A DNA stretch of 64,000 nt, taken from positions 20,124 through 84,123 of the forward strand of contig JAFSUB010000005.1 in NCBI GenBank assembly GCA_017445475.1, given 5' to 3'. The stretch's first letter is position 1, and every line of letters begins with the position of its first letter. A program made the position numbers and the translations under genes. Below, piece after piece: positions 11,274 to 21,516 of this stretch. The notes beneath the pieces were generated by a model. It saw nothing but the letters and a program-made list of their open reading frames with translations, searched no databases and was not told the origin of the DNA. This stretch comes from Alphaproteobacteria bacterium. Its GTDB lineage: Bacteria; Pseudomonadota; Alphaproteobacteria; RF32; CAG-239.

Positions 11274-13349
11274 ATGACTGACAACGAACGCTCAATTCCC
11301 GCCTTTTTGGAAGACGCACCGACGCCATCGCCGCTTGAGGCGGATATTTCAAGGCCCCGCCCTTTGCAAAAAACTTTTTTTGCCTTGTCCTTTTTTTGGC
11401 TTGTTTGTGTTTTGGTTTATTTGCACTTTTTTTACGGTTGGGAGAGCTTATCTGTTTTGATGCCGTCTGAATTTGTTTTGTTTTTAGCCGGTTTTTTTGT
11501 CTGTCCTTTGCTCATTTTTTTGCTCATCGCGTATGTTAAAAAAACCTATTCAATACTTGAACAAAACGAGGTTGTCGCACAAACCTTAAATAAGTTTTTG
11601 CAAACAAACGATGAAAATCTGCTTTCGAAAATTATCAACAAGGCCTTGCAAAACCAAATTGCGGAACTTAACGGCACATTGCAGTTTTTATCGGCACAAA
11701 CGGATATTTTAAAAAAAGAACTCGACACAAAAGCCTCTGATTTTGCAGACATATCCGAAACTTTACAGACAACCGTTAAAAACAACCTTTCAAATTTAGA
11801 TGAAAACAAAAATGAATATGTCGAGCTTTGCAGAAGCTTTTCAAGCGAGGCTGTGTCGCTTGCCGATGCTTTAAGGCAAAACACGCAAAATCTGCAGGAA
11901 AGCGCTGATGCACTGCACGAAAAGCTTAATCCGTTGATTGATGAAACAATGGTTACCGCAAACCACTTAAAAACAACGGTTGATGAGGCTCAAACACAGA
12001 TGGCGCAAACAAAGTCAGACCTTGATGCTTTCACACGCAGCGGCAAAAAAAGTATGGGAGATGTTGCCGAAATGTTGCACGTTCAAACCGCAAAGTTTGA
12101 AAAAGCGATGTTGCAAACCGCTGACAGCTGTGAAGCCATTTACGGCAAAATCGACAGCGGTATCTCGCACATTGAAAACAGCTTAAAAACGCACAAAGAT
12201 TTGGCTTCCGAACAGGCGGCGCTGATTGACAAGAACGCAAACTTTTTGGACGCCAAGCTCGGGCAATACGGCAAGCTTATCAGCATGGAAGTTTCCGCAA
12301 TGGTCGAACGCGCCTCTTCTTTCGATTTGAACTTAAAAGAGCAGATTGAAAAACTTAAAACTGCGAGCAAGAAAATTGATGAGATTCTAGGCGGTGCAAA
12401 CAACAGTTTAACCTTAAAATCGGAACAGGCCGTCAAAAACATTAACGGCGTTCTTTTAAGTCTTTCAAAAGAAATTCAAAAGCTTTCAAGCTTCATTGAA
12501 AACACCGAAAAGCAAAACCAGCAGGTGCAAACCGCCGCCGAGAAAATCTCCAAGCGTATTGCCGGCGTTTCTTCCGATTTGGGGCTTAAGGTTGACGACT
12601 TAAAACTGCGCTCGGTTGAGGCGATTGACCGTTTTAACGAGGTGAGCGCCGTGATGGAAAAAAACACCGTTATGCTTTCTGAAAACGCCAACACCCTTAT
12701 CAGCAAAGGCAAAGAGGGCGCCGATGTTATCGGAAGCCATCAGGCCATTATTTCGAAAACCGGCGAAAGTATCAGGCAAGCCAAAGAGCAAATTCGGGCT
12801 TTATCTGAAAACTTGGAATTGGCGCAGAAAAAATCGGTGCAGATTTTTGATGATTTTAAGGTTCAAATCGAAAATTATCGGCAGGCTTTCGATGCGCAGT
12901 TTAATCATATGGAAGAGCTTAAAGAAAAGGCCGATGAACATTTTGAAAAAACAAAGGCAAAATATCAGCAGCTCAGTCTTTCCGATTTTATGAATCAGAT
13001 TGCGTTTATGATTGAAAATTTGGAAAATCTTTCGATAGACATCAACCGCTTTTTTGACAAGGACAGTGAAGATGCTTTGTGGAAAAAGTTTTATAACGGC
13101 GATCATGGCGCTTTTGCAAACCATATGGTTAAAAAACTGGGACGGAAAGAAGTTCTTAAAATCAGGGAGTTGTATGAAACCAATGCTGATTTCCGCGAAA
13201 TTACGGACAGATATTTGCGCGAATTCGGAGCATTGCTTGAAGCCGCCGAACAATCACAAAACCCGCAAACCGTTCTTGCGATGCTTTCAAGCTCGCAGGT
13301 TGGTAAGATATATTATGTTATGGCGCGCGCTTTGGAAAAATTGGATTAA
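11274..13349 (+). CDS. hypothetical membrane-anchored long coiled-coil protein (691 aa)
   Basis: Two N-terminal TM helices, then about 550 aa of heptad-rich Q/E/K/L sequence. No recognisable catalytic motif. Confidence 0.5.
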   Translation: MTDNERSIPAFLEDAPTPSPLEADISRPRPLQKTFFALSFFWLVCVLVYLHFFYGWESLSVLMPSEFVLFLAGFFVCPLLIFLLIAYVKKTYSILEQNEVVAQTLNKFLQTNDENLLSKIINKALQNQIAELNGTLQFLSAQTDILKKELDTKASDFADISETLQTTVKNNLSNLDENKNEYVELCRSFSSEAVSLADALRQNTQNLQESADALHEKLNPLIDETMVTANHLKTTVDEAQTQMAQTKSDLDAFTRSGKKSMGDVAEMLHVQTAKFEKAMLQTADSCEAIYGKIDSGISHIENSLKTHKDLASEQAALIDKNANFLDAKLGQYGKLISMEVSAMVERASSFDLNLKEQIEKLKTASKKIDEILGGANNSLTLKSEQAVKNINGVLLSLSKEIQKLSSFIENTEKQNQQVQTAAEKISKRIAGVSSDLGLKVDDLKLRSVEAIDRFNEVSAVMEKNTVMLSENANTLISKGKEGADVIGSHQAIISKTGESIRQAKEQIRALSENLELAQKKSVQIFDDFKVQIENYRQAFDAQFNHMEELKEKADEHFEKTKAKYQQLSLSDFMNQIAFMIENLENLSIDINRFFDKDSEDALWKKFYNGDHGAFANHMVKKLGRKEVLKIRELYETNADFREITDRYLREFGALLEAAEQSQNPQTVLAMLSSSQVGKIYYVMARALEKLD

Positions 13350-13354
13350 GGACA

Positions 13355-14326
13355 ATGGTTTTAACAGGCCGCAAAGTTTTTTTGGCTCCGATGGCCGGCA
13401 TTACTGACGCACCGATGCGTCGGATTGTGTTTGAAGAAACAGGCGGCAAAGTCGGTTTTTTTTCGGAAATGGTGGCCGTTAATGCCCTGTCTTATAAAAA
13501 CGCTAAAACCTACAAAATTGCAGATGTTCGCAACGAGCCCTACCCTGTTACGGTTCAGTTGATGGGCGGTGAGCCTGCTCTTTTTGAAGATGCGGCCAAG
13601 CTTGTGGCTGATTTTGGGGCCGTCGGCATTGACATCAATATGGGCTGTCCTGTTCGAAAAATTATTGCAAGCCGTGCCGGCGCCGATTTGATGAGAGATA
13701 TCAAAAGAGCCGCCGAGATTATTCAAACAACCGTTCGTGCAACAAAGCTTCCCGTGAGTGTGAAATTTCGCAAAGGTTGGGACAGTGAACACGCAAATGC
13801 GACCCAATTCGCAAAAATGTGCGAAGAAAGCGGCGCTTCATTTATTACCGTTCACGGGCGCACAAAAGTGCAAGGTTACGGCGGAACGGCCGATTGGGAT
13901 GTTATCAGGCGCGTTAAAAGCGCGGTGAAAATTCCCGTTATCGGCAACGGCGATGTGGCAAGCAAAGAAGCCGCATTGAAATTGCTTAAAACAACGGGTG
14001 TTGATGCTGTGATGATTGGACGGGCCGCGCTCGGAAATCCTTGGCTTTTGCGCGATGCGGCCGATTTTTTGGCGCAAAATGATGTTTTTCCCGTGTCAAG
14101 CCAAACGTTATATCAAACGCTTTTAAGGCATATGGCATATCTTCGCGATTATTACGGCGACAAAACAGCCTTGGGCTTGTCGCGCAAATACATTTGCTGG
14201 TATTCGAAAAACTTTTTTGAGGCCAAAAAATTCAGGGAATTTTATATGAAAATCAACGATTTTGAAACGGCGACAGATACCATTAAAACTTTTTTTGAAA
14301 GGGCACTGAAAGGAGAAGTGTTATGA
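13355..14326 (+). CDS. dusB: tRNA dihydrouridine synthase
   Basis: FLAPMAGITDAPMR, NMGCP catalytic Cys, TIM-barrel Dus family. Confidence 0.8.
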   Translation: MVLTGRKVFLAPMAGITDAPMRRIVFEETGGKVGFFSEMVAVNALSYKNAKTYKIADVRNEPYPVTVQLMGGEPALFEDAAKLVADFGAVGIDINMGCPVRKIIASRAGADLMRDIKRAAEIIQTTVRATKLPVSVKFRKGWDSEHANATQFAKMCEESGASFITVHGRTKVQGYGGTADWDVIRRVKSAVKIPVIGNGDVASKEAALKLLKTTGVDAVMIGRAALGNPWLLRDAADFLAQNDVFPVSSQTLYQTLLRHMAYLRDYYGDKTALGLSRKYICWYSKNFFEAKKFREFYMKINDFETATDTIKTFFERALKGEVL

Positions 14327-15684
14327 AGATTATTGTCGGCGGTGCCGGAAATGTCGGGCGGAGCATCACGTCATATTTAAGCCGCGCAAACAATGACATT
14401 ATTGTTGTTGACATCAATCAGGAAAGGCTTGATGAAATTGCCAAAGAATTTGATGTTCAAACGGTTTTGGGCTCTGTTTCACACCCTGATGTTCAGGAAA
14501 AAATCGGCGCTAATACGGCTGATATTTTGATTTCGGCAACCGACAATGATGAGGTCAATTTGGTTGCTTGTCAAGTTGCCTACACCCTGTTTAACGTGCC
14601 CAAAAAAATTGCGCGTGTCGACAGCGAATATTTTTTAAGCCCCTTATGGAACACGCTTTATAACGAAAAGAGCCTGCCTGTTGATTTGGTGATTTCGCCC
14701 GCTCAGGAAATTGCCGAAAACATATTAAAAATCATTTCAACACCGGGGGCAAAGGAAGTTTATGATTTTGCGTCAAATATGCTTGAACTCATTTGTCTGC
14801 AATGCGGGAAGGATTGTCTTTTGTGTCAATTTCAGCTTTCAGAGCTTTATGAAAACTTTAAAGACCTTAAATTTACCCTCATTCAGATTGTGCGTGATGG
14901 TGTCAACTTTTATCCGAAGCCAAACGAACACATCAAAGCCGGCGATGAAATTTATATTTTAAGTGCAACGGAAGATGTTTCAAAAGTTTTGCACGCCTTT
15001 AATGCGGCGCAAAAAAACACGGAAAATGTCGTTATTTTCGGCGCAAACGCAATTTCTTATGACATTGCGCGCCACTTGGAAGAAAACGACAACATCGCAA
15101 GCATTAAAATTATTACAAACAACATTGACGAGGCGCATAGATTGTCGGAAAATTTGAACAGATCGGTTGTGATATACGGCGAAATGATGAGCGATGTGAT
15201 TTTAGGTGATGCCGATTTTAAAAGAACAGACACTGTGATTGCCATCACAAGCCAAGACAAAGACAATCTCTTGATTTCGCTTTTGGCACAAAACAATGGC
15301 GTTTTGAACACCATTTCGCTTGTGAACTCGCGTATGTATGATTATTTAACAAGTCAAATCAGCGGAAACATCATTGTTGATCGTTCAACGGTTACCATTT
15401 CAAAAATTTTGCAAGACATACGTTATGCCAACATTTCAAACGCTTATTCTTTGGGACGCGGTTTTGCGGAAGTGTGGGAATTAAGGCTTAAGCCGGACAC
15501 CTTGCTTGAGGGCAAAAAAATTGCCGACATAACGCTGCCCGAAAAATGTAAGGTTTTGGCGCTTGTGCGCGGCAGGCAGGCAATTTTCAACTTAAACGAG
15601 GCCACACTTTGTCCCGATGATGTTTTGATTATGGTTGTTTCGCCGAACGGCATTAAAAAAGTGGAATCAATTTTCAGCATTTAA
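14323..15684 (+). CDS. trkA: Trk system potassium uptake protein TrkA
   Basis: Two NAD-binding GxGxxG regions (IVGGAGNVG; VIFGANAIS) each followed by an RCK_C region. Confidence 0.85.
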   Translation: MKIIVGGAGNVGRSITSYLSRANNDIIVVDINQERLDEIAKEFDVQTVLGSVSHPDVQEKIGANTADILISATDNDEVNLVACQVAYTLFNVPKKIARVDSEYFLSPLWNTLYNEKSLPVDLVISPAQEIAENILKIISTPGAKEVYDFASNMLELICLQCGKDCLLCQFQLSELYENFKDLKFTLIQIVRDGVNFYPKPNEHIKAGDEIYILSATEDVSKVLHAFNAAQKNTENVVIFGANAISYDIARHLEENDNIASIKIITNNIDEAHRLSENLNRSVVIYGEMMSDVILGDADFKRTDTVIAITSQDKDNLLISLLAQNNGVLNTISLVNSRMYDYLTSQISGNIIVDRSTVTISKILQDIRYANISNAYSLGRGFAEVWELRLKPDTLLEGKKIADITLPEKCKVLALVRGRQAIFNLNEATLCPDDVLIMVVSPNGIKKVESIFSI

Positions 15685-15754
15685 AATTTTGTTGTTTTTA
15701 AGATTATTTGCTGTATAATCGCTCCGGAAAAAGAATAAAGAAAGGGGCTTAAAA

Positions 15755-16543
15755 ATGTTTTTGAAAACCGTTGTGTGTTCCGGCGTGAATGAAAAAAACA
15801 AAATTGATGAGGCTGTCGATTTTTTGAAAAAATATCCGAATGTTGAATTTGGCGTTCAATGTTCGCCCAAAAAAGCCGGATTCGGCACAGAGCGTTTTGA
15901 TTGGCTTGAGGCGCTCACAACGGCACTTGACGAGGCACAAATACACGGGCGTGTTGCCCTGCACTTAAACGAGGGGTTTGCTGTTTCGTTTGCAGACGGA
16001 ATTGTCCCCGATGAGGTTTCCTCTATTTTAAGCAAAACTTCTGCCATCGGACGCTTGCAACTCAATTTTAAGCTTGGGCGTGAAGTTTTTGAAAACGGCC
16101 GGATTGCTCCAAATCTTTCAAAACTTCAATCGGCAATAGAGCAAGTTGACGGCCATAAGCTGATTATGTCGGCAAGCAAAGCAAACCTGCCGCTTATTGC
16201 CAAAATGCACCACCGGAAAATGAAGTTTGATGCCTTATTTGACGACTCGTTTGGCGAAGGTTTGTTGCCCAAGTTGCGTCAAGAACCCCTTTTTGATGAT
16301 GTGTTTCAAGGTTATGCCGGCGGCATATCTCCCGAAAATGTGGCATGTGAGCTTGAAAAAATTGCAAAAGTTGCAACAGGCGCCGTTTTTATTGACGCAG
16401 AGGGAAAATTAAAAGACAACGGTGTGTTTTCGATTGAAAAAGCCGAACAATATGTTCAAAATGCGCTTCTTTGGCGCGAACAAAACCCCAACCAAATTCA
16501 ACAGGCTTTCTTAAAATCTTCGCCGCATGATTTCACATCATAA
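15755..16543 (+). CDS. hypothetical TIM-barrel protein, phosphoribosylanthranilate isomerase (TrpF)-like
   Basis: C-terminal GYAGGISPENV...IDAEGKLKD resembles the TrpF phosphate-binding region. N-terminus is divergent. No other trp genes nearby. Confidence 0.35.
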   Translation: MFLKTVVCSGVNEKNKIDEAVDFLKKYPNVEFGVQCSPKKAGFGTERFDWLEALTTALDEAQIHGRVALHLNEGFAVSFADGIVPDEVSSILSKTSAIGRLQLNFKLGREVFENGRIAPNLSKLQSAIEQVDGHKLIMSASKANLPLIAKMHHRKMKFDALFDDSFGEGLLPKLRQEPLFDDVFQGYAGGISPENVACELEKIAKVATGAVFIDAEGKLKDNGVFSIEKAEQYVQNALLWREQNPNQIQQAFLKSSPHDFTS

Positions 16544-17259
16544 AAAAAGTCATACACTTTGGCAAAGACAAGGTTGAAATAAATTAAATAAACGGAATAA
16601 AAACAGACTGAAAGCCAGCCATGGCAACCAAGCCCATTATCCGCCAAAAAAATTAAAAAACACGGAACTTGAAGCAAAAACATCAGCTTGAAAAACTGAA
16701 CGTTATTGCCTCGGGTTTTTTGGAAAACCTTGCGCATTAGTCCGCTATAACCTTGCAGCGCGGAAATCCACGCCAAAAAAGGGCGACTGAAAGCAAAGGG
16801 CGAAATGCTCAAAAAAATCAGCGAAAAAATCCCTATGTTGATAAGGCCTGCTTCCGGTGCCTGCAAAAGCGCCATATACTTTTCAAAAAAGGGCAGATAT
16901 GCGTTGTCAAACCCGAGCAACAACGGCAAAAAAGGCACAAAAAGCAAAAACAATAAAAGCGCAACCGTAATAAAAATCATTTTAGACGATGGAACGGCGC
17001 TGGCCAAAATTTTGCGCCCCTCAAAGTATGGCTTTTTTTGATAATAAAACCTGAAAAAAACGCACCAAAAAATGTAGTAGAAAATACAAACAATCAAACT
17101 TAAAGGATTTGAAAGCCCGTTTGAAATAACGTTGAACAAAGCACAAAATACCAAATGAACAAGCCAAAAAGGGCGCAACTTTTTTTCGTGCTTTGAAAGA
17201 TATGCGTATGCCTGTTGCAAAATGCTTAAAATCGGCAATGTTTTTGTTGTTTCAATCAT
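16498..17259 (-). CDS. hypothetical polytopic membrane protein (253 aa)
   Basis: Six or more hydrophobic segments. Lies immediately downstream of the TraG-like gene on the same strand. Confidence 0.4.
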   Translation of the reverse strand: MIETTKTLPILSILQQAYAYLSKHEKKLRPFWLVHLVFCALFNVISNGLSNPLSLIVCIFYYIFWCVFFRFYYQKKPYFEGRKILASAVPSSKMIFITVALLLFLLFVPFLPLLLGFDNAYLPFFEKYMALLQAPEAGLINIGIFSLIFLSISPFAFSRPFLAWISALQGYSGLMRKVFQKTRGNNVQFFKLMFLLQVPCFLIFLADNGLGCHGWLSVCFYSVYLIYFNLVFAKVYDFFYDVKSCGEDFKKAC

Positions 17260-17261
17260 TG

Positions 17262-19478
17262 TTATCCTTGCCGAACCACGGCCGGTTCATCTTCTTCAAA
17301 CGTGTCCGTTTCTGCCGTTTCGTCATAATCTATGCCGAGTTTTGAAAGCATATCATCATTGACATCTTCGCGCTGTGCCACAATCCAATCCGGAACATTC
17401 GGCGCCGGCTTTAAGGCCGCTAATTTCCGCATTTTCGCATCTAAATACCATCTGGGCGAATCTGCCATAATCGGCCTGTCGATATAGCTTTGCATCAACA
17501 CAACCTGCTTTAACATCGGCAAACTTAAAAGTTCGGTTGTCGAAATCACCGAAATACCTTGCAAATTATATGTAACATTTTTTGCAAACGGGTTGTAGTT
17601 CTTGCCCATTGAGCCTTCGTTTCTGGAAAACGAGGTTGTTTGAACCGTTTTATTGCCAATCATCTTTGAAAAACGCTGCGCCGTAACTTCGTTGTTTTGC
17701 GACAAAATCACTTTGCAAGCCGTTGTTGAAATCACCGTTTCCAAATCATCCTTGCCGTATTTGCCCGAAATTTGCCCCAAATCTTGTCCGATTAAAAGAT
17801 ATGAAACTTTTTGACCGCGTCCGACGGCCGGTCCGTCAATCACCGCTTTGAGTTTGGGCATTTGCGGAAACTCGTCCAAAACAAACAAACACGGGAACGG
17901 CCCCATTTTGCCGTCCGTTTTGTTTTCGTGTCTCGGCGGATTTGAAATCAGATATGAGCTCATCAGCTCAATAAACACCGAACTGATAACCCCGAGCGCC
18001 CGTGCGTCTGTTTGGTTAATCGACAAATAAACCGAAATCGGCTTAAATTCGCCGGTTACCGGATCTTTCATACCGCGCAAATCCTTAAAGTGCAAATCGG
18101 AAAAACTTGTTCTGGCAACAACCGCCGCGTTTTTGAAAATGTTGATTCCCGCAAATGCCGTTGAAATCACCGAACCGCGCTCTTTATCGGGCATTGCGGA
18201 CAATGCGCTGAGTTCCGTATAGCAACGCTGTGCATAGCCGTATTTGCGCGCCTCTTCAACAGCTTCGTCAAGCAAATCATGCATCGGGTCTGCCATCGCC
18301 GCCATTTGATCGCCCTCCGCCAAGCGGCGCTTGATTTCTTGCGCCTGTTTAATTTGCGCCTCGGTCAACCACTCCAAAATCATGGCAATACATGATTCGC
18401 GCCCAATCCATTTTTCGGGCAGCAAATTCCACGTGCCAATCGGCACATAATTGTCGATGGTTACCGTTCCGCTCTTCAAATCATTTAAGGCTCTGGGCAC
18501 CATTGGATCGCGCATATCCTGATAATAACTTTCCAAAACACGCTTGTCTTCTTCATCAAGTTTGCCCTCATAAATTCGGCCGATAAAATAGTCATTCGCG
18601 CGTGCGCGCTCGCACTTTGAAGTGATAAAGTGAATAAAGCCGTTCAACGCCGCACGGCCCGTTTGCGACCAGTGCGGATCAGCACCGCCTTTGGGTTCTT
18701 CAACCAAAATGTTGCAAATTGAATCAACATACATATCTCTGTCCGGCCCCATTTCGGGAAGCGCATTCGGTGACAACGGATTCCAGCTCGGGTAATATAT
18801 GCCCTCTGAAGGCTTATCTTCCGCACCCCAGTTGATGATGAACACCGGACCTTCTTTAGCACGTGCGCCGGATGTTTTGTAACAAAGCTCAGGCTTCGGA
18901 TCGTTGATAATCAAACTCATTCCTTTGGAATAAAAAATCGTCGGCATCACAACACCTGCCGTTTTACCTGTTCCCGGAGGTGCACAGCAAAGCGTTGAAA
19001 GCGTTTCTTTCATCAAAAGCATTTTACCATTAAACTTGCCAACCACCTGACAAAAGCCGTCATAACCCAAAAGCTCCATTCTTTCAACATCACGCGCAGT
19101 TGCAATGCGCGCCGAACCGTGAACGTTTGATTGGAAACGATACGGACACGAAATGCCACCCAAAATGAGCCCGAAAGGAAGAGAAATTGCCGGTAAAATC
19201 GGTATCCAGCGACTGATTGAAAATTCGTGTGAGCTTGAGAGTTTGCGAAACCAATTCGAATATTGTGAAAATAAAAACGTCGGCCGGTTGAAAACCTCGT
19301 TTAAAAACATCTTAACACTTTGGATATTTTCACGCGAAATGCCATGCTCAAGTAAAAAAGAAAACGGCAACGAAAAAATCGTGAGCAACACGGTAACGGT
19401 TAAGGTGATAATCATTGTCATCGCCATCCATCGGACGGCTTTATCATATTCTTCCCACTCAACGCCTCTTTGTTTCAT
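17262..19478 (-). CDS. type IV secretion/conjugal coupling protein, TraG/VirD4 family
   Basis: N-terminal TM helices. HGSARIATARDVERMELLG (TraG/VirD4 GSARwA motif). Walker A PPGTGKTAGVVMPT. Acidic C-terminal tail. Confidence 0.85.
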   Translation of the reverse strand: MKQRGVEWEEYDKAVRWMAMTMIITLTVTVLLTIFSLPFSFLLEHGISRENIQSVKMFLNEVFNRPTFLFSQYSNWFRKLSSSHEFSISRWIPILPAISLPFGLILGGISCPYRFQSNVHGSARIATARDVERMELLGYDGFCQVVGKFNGKMLLMKETLSTLCCAPPGTGKTAGVVMPTIFYSKGMSLIINDPKPELCYKTSGARAKEGPVFIINWGAEDKPSEGIYYPSWNPLSPNALPEMGPDRDMYVDSICNILVEEPKGGADPHWSQTGRAALNGFIHFITSKCERARANDYFIGRIYEGKLDEEDKRVLESYYQDMRDPMVPRALNDLKSGTVTIDNYVPIGTWNLLPEKWIGRESCIAMILEWLTEAQIKQAQEIKRRLAEGDQMAAMADPMHDLLDEAVEEARKYGYAQRCYTELSALSAMPDKERGSVISTAFAGINIFKNAAVVARTSFSDLHFKDLRGMKDPVTGEFKPISVYLSINQTDARALGVISSVFIELMSSYLISNPPRHENKTDGKMGPFPCLFVLDEFPQMPKLKAVIDGPAVGRGQKVSYLLIGQDLGQISGKYGKDDLETVISTTACKVILSQNNEVTAQRFSKMIGNKTVQTTSFSRNEGSMGKNYNPFAKNVTYNLQGISVISTTELLSLPMLKQVVLMQSYIDRPIMADSPRWYLDAKMRKLAALKPAPNVPDWIVAQREDVNDDMLSKLGIDYDETAETDTFEEDEPAVVRQG

Positions 19479-19489
19479 TTTATCACCTT

Positions 19490-20923
19490 TTATGCTAACC
19501 TTTTCAACATCTTTTTAAGCTCGGAGACATCGTTTCTTGGAAGGCGACCGTCTGCCTTACCGATGGCTTTCGACAGCGGCCTTAAGTCTGCCGGACCGCC
19601 TTTGGCAAAACGAACAACCTCAATGTCCATATCGTCCCAAACATCAAGCATATCTTCGGCATTGATGATGTTTGCTTTTGTAACTATCAGATAGGGCTTA
19701 ACGCTCAAATCAAAGTCAGAATCGTCAAGCGCGTCTTCAAGCTTTTGCCGCGCCAAATCAAGCTTTCGAACAGGCGAAACGCGGTGCGAATTTTCAGAAA
19801 ACCACAACGGCTCTTCATCGTTGAAACGCTCTTCATCGGCAAGCCAATCGCCGCTTTGATTGTCAATAAGGCAAAGCACAACCTGCCCCTCGTCAATTGC
19901 CGCATAGTTAATCGCTGTTTTTTGAATTTGAACATCTTTAAGAACCAAATAGCCCTTATCTTCCAAAATTTCTTCAATCGGAGATGAAGGCGTATCAAAA
20001 TCATCATCTCGCAAAGAGGCTCGGCGGGAGGTTCTCTCAACACGATCCTCGCTTTCAAAACGCCTTTGCTTGTCTGCTTTTTCTCTTTTAGATGAGCGCC
20101 TCGATGGACTGCGGCTGTCATCGGCATACACTTCGCGCCGTTTTTCAACCCTTGCTGATTTTACAGACCTTCTCGGCGTTGGCTCATAAGCCTCTAAATC
20201 ATCATCATCTTCATCGTCCAAATCAAAACTTTCCGTTTTTGAGGGCTTTCGACGCACCCTTTCCGACGCATAACCTTCATCCGCGTTTTGTTTGTTTTTT
20301 GGCGCGGTGTCTATTTTAAAAATGTCGGCTTTATCAAACGAATCGATATCCAAATCAAAATCATCATCTTCATCATCTAAGTTGAAAATGTTGTGATTAA
20401 GTGTTTCGCGCGCCGTAACAGCTTTTTGCTTCACCGGATTTGGATTTTCGGACGCAACGGTTAAGGCATTTTGCGTTGGCACGGGTGCGTTTTGCGGCAC
20501 GCTGTAATCATAAATCGGCGTGCGCTTGCCCACCGGCCGAACCTCCTTATACGACTTCTTTTTAACCACAACCGGTGTTTGCGGCACAACCATTTTAAGA
20601 GGCGCTGTCGACTTTTTCAAAATTTTGAAAGGAAGGCTTATGATGCGCCAGACGATGCTCTCCCACGGAACTAAGCTCAACGCAATCCACCCCGTGAGCC
20701 ACAAAGGAATAAACGCAAGCAAAATCAAAATGAAGGCCCATTCTTTCGGCGTGTCGATAATCCAGCCGGATTGCCACAAATTCCACGCATACACCCAGTG
20801 CGGCGGCCAAAAAATGTCAAAACGCCAGTTTTCAAGCACAATAACGCGAATGCCCTCAATGAAGACGATGCTCCACAGGCCGCCGACAAATGTTATCCTT
20901 GCAAGAACGAGTAAGGGTTTCAA
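19490..20923 (-). CDS. hypothetical membrane protein with extreme charged low-complexity linker (477 aa)
   Basis: Two N-terminal TM helices, proline-rich stretch, D/E-runs (DDEDDDFDLDIDSFD; DDEDDDDLE) alternating with R/K/S-rich stretches, and a folded C-terminal domain. Directly upstream of the TraG-like gene. Confidence 0.5.
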   Translation of the reverse strand: MKPLLVLARITFVGGLWSIVFIEGIRVIVLENWRFDIFWPPHWVYAWNLWQSGWIIDTPKEWAFILILLAFIPLWLTGWIALSLVPWESIVWRIISLPFKILKKSTAPLKMVVPQTPVVVKKKSYKEVRPVGKRTPIYDYSVPQNAPVPTQNALTVASENPNPVKQKAVTARETLNHNIFNLDDEDDDFDLDIDSFDKADIFKIDTAPKNKQNADEGYASERVRRKPSKTESFDLDDEDDDDLEAYEPTPRRSVKSARVEKRREVYADDSRSPSRRSSKREKADKQRRFESEDRVERTSRRASLRDDDFDTPSSPIEEILEDKGYLVLKDVQIQKTAINYAAIDEGQVVLCLIDNQSGDWLADEERFNDEEPLWFSENSHRVSPVRKLDLARQKLEDALDDSDFDLSVKPYLIVTKANIINAEDMLDVWDDMDIEVVRFAKGGPADLRPLSKAIGKADGRLPRNDVSELKKMLKRLA

Positions 20924-20979
20924 CGCTTTCTCCTATTTTCCTGATAGGATATTATATTTTAAATTCATTAACAAGTGTT

Positions 20980-21516
20980 TTATTTTCCTTTTCGCTCAAT
21001 TATTTTTTGCGACAGCGTCTGCCTCAAGTTGTCGGCCTCTTTGAGGCTTTGCGCAGCATTTTCTTCTTTGATTTTTTCATCAATGACTTCATCTAACGTC
21101 TTTTTTTCACCAACAACCAAATTTTTAATCACCACGTGTTTGCTCTCGTTTTCATACTTTTCAATTTGTTTTTTGGAAAAATATTCAAACGGTGTCAGAA
21201 AAAATTTGGCATAATCGGCTTGATAAAGGCGCTTTAACCCCTTATACCACAAAAGCACAATCAAAAAAAGCGTTAAAAACAGCATATAGTCCGAAAAACT
21301 TTGAATTGTGCCGTTTTTTCGCCAAAACTCACCGACAAACTGCCATTGACCTTTTGAAACATAGTCAAAGTTCCAAACAGCAAGCACAATCTGACGCGTC
21401 AATGTCAGCCAGAAGGCAGACCAAAGCGTGCAGATTAAAATAAATTTTATCAGTTTTCCAATCCGTTGAAACATAAACTTAACGTCCCTTGTTGTTTTTT
21501 CCAAAAACCGACGCAT
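20980..21516 (-). CDS. hypothetical small membrane protein (178 aa)
   Basis: Two or three TM helices followed by a K/E-rich tail. Overlaps the upstream gene end by 38 nt. Confidence 0.4.
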   Translation of the reverse strand: MRRFLEKTTRDVKFMFQRIGKLIKFILICTLWSAFWLTLTRQIVLAVWNFDYVSKGQWQFVGEFWRKNGTIQSFSDYMLFLTLFLIVLLWYKGLKRLYQADYAKFFLTPFEYFSKKQIEKYENESKHVVIKNLVVGEKKTLDEVIDEKIKEENAAQSLKEADNLRQTLSQKIIERKGK

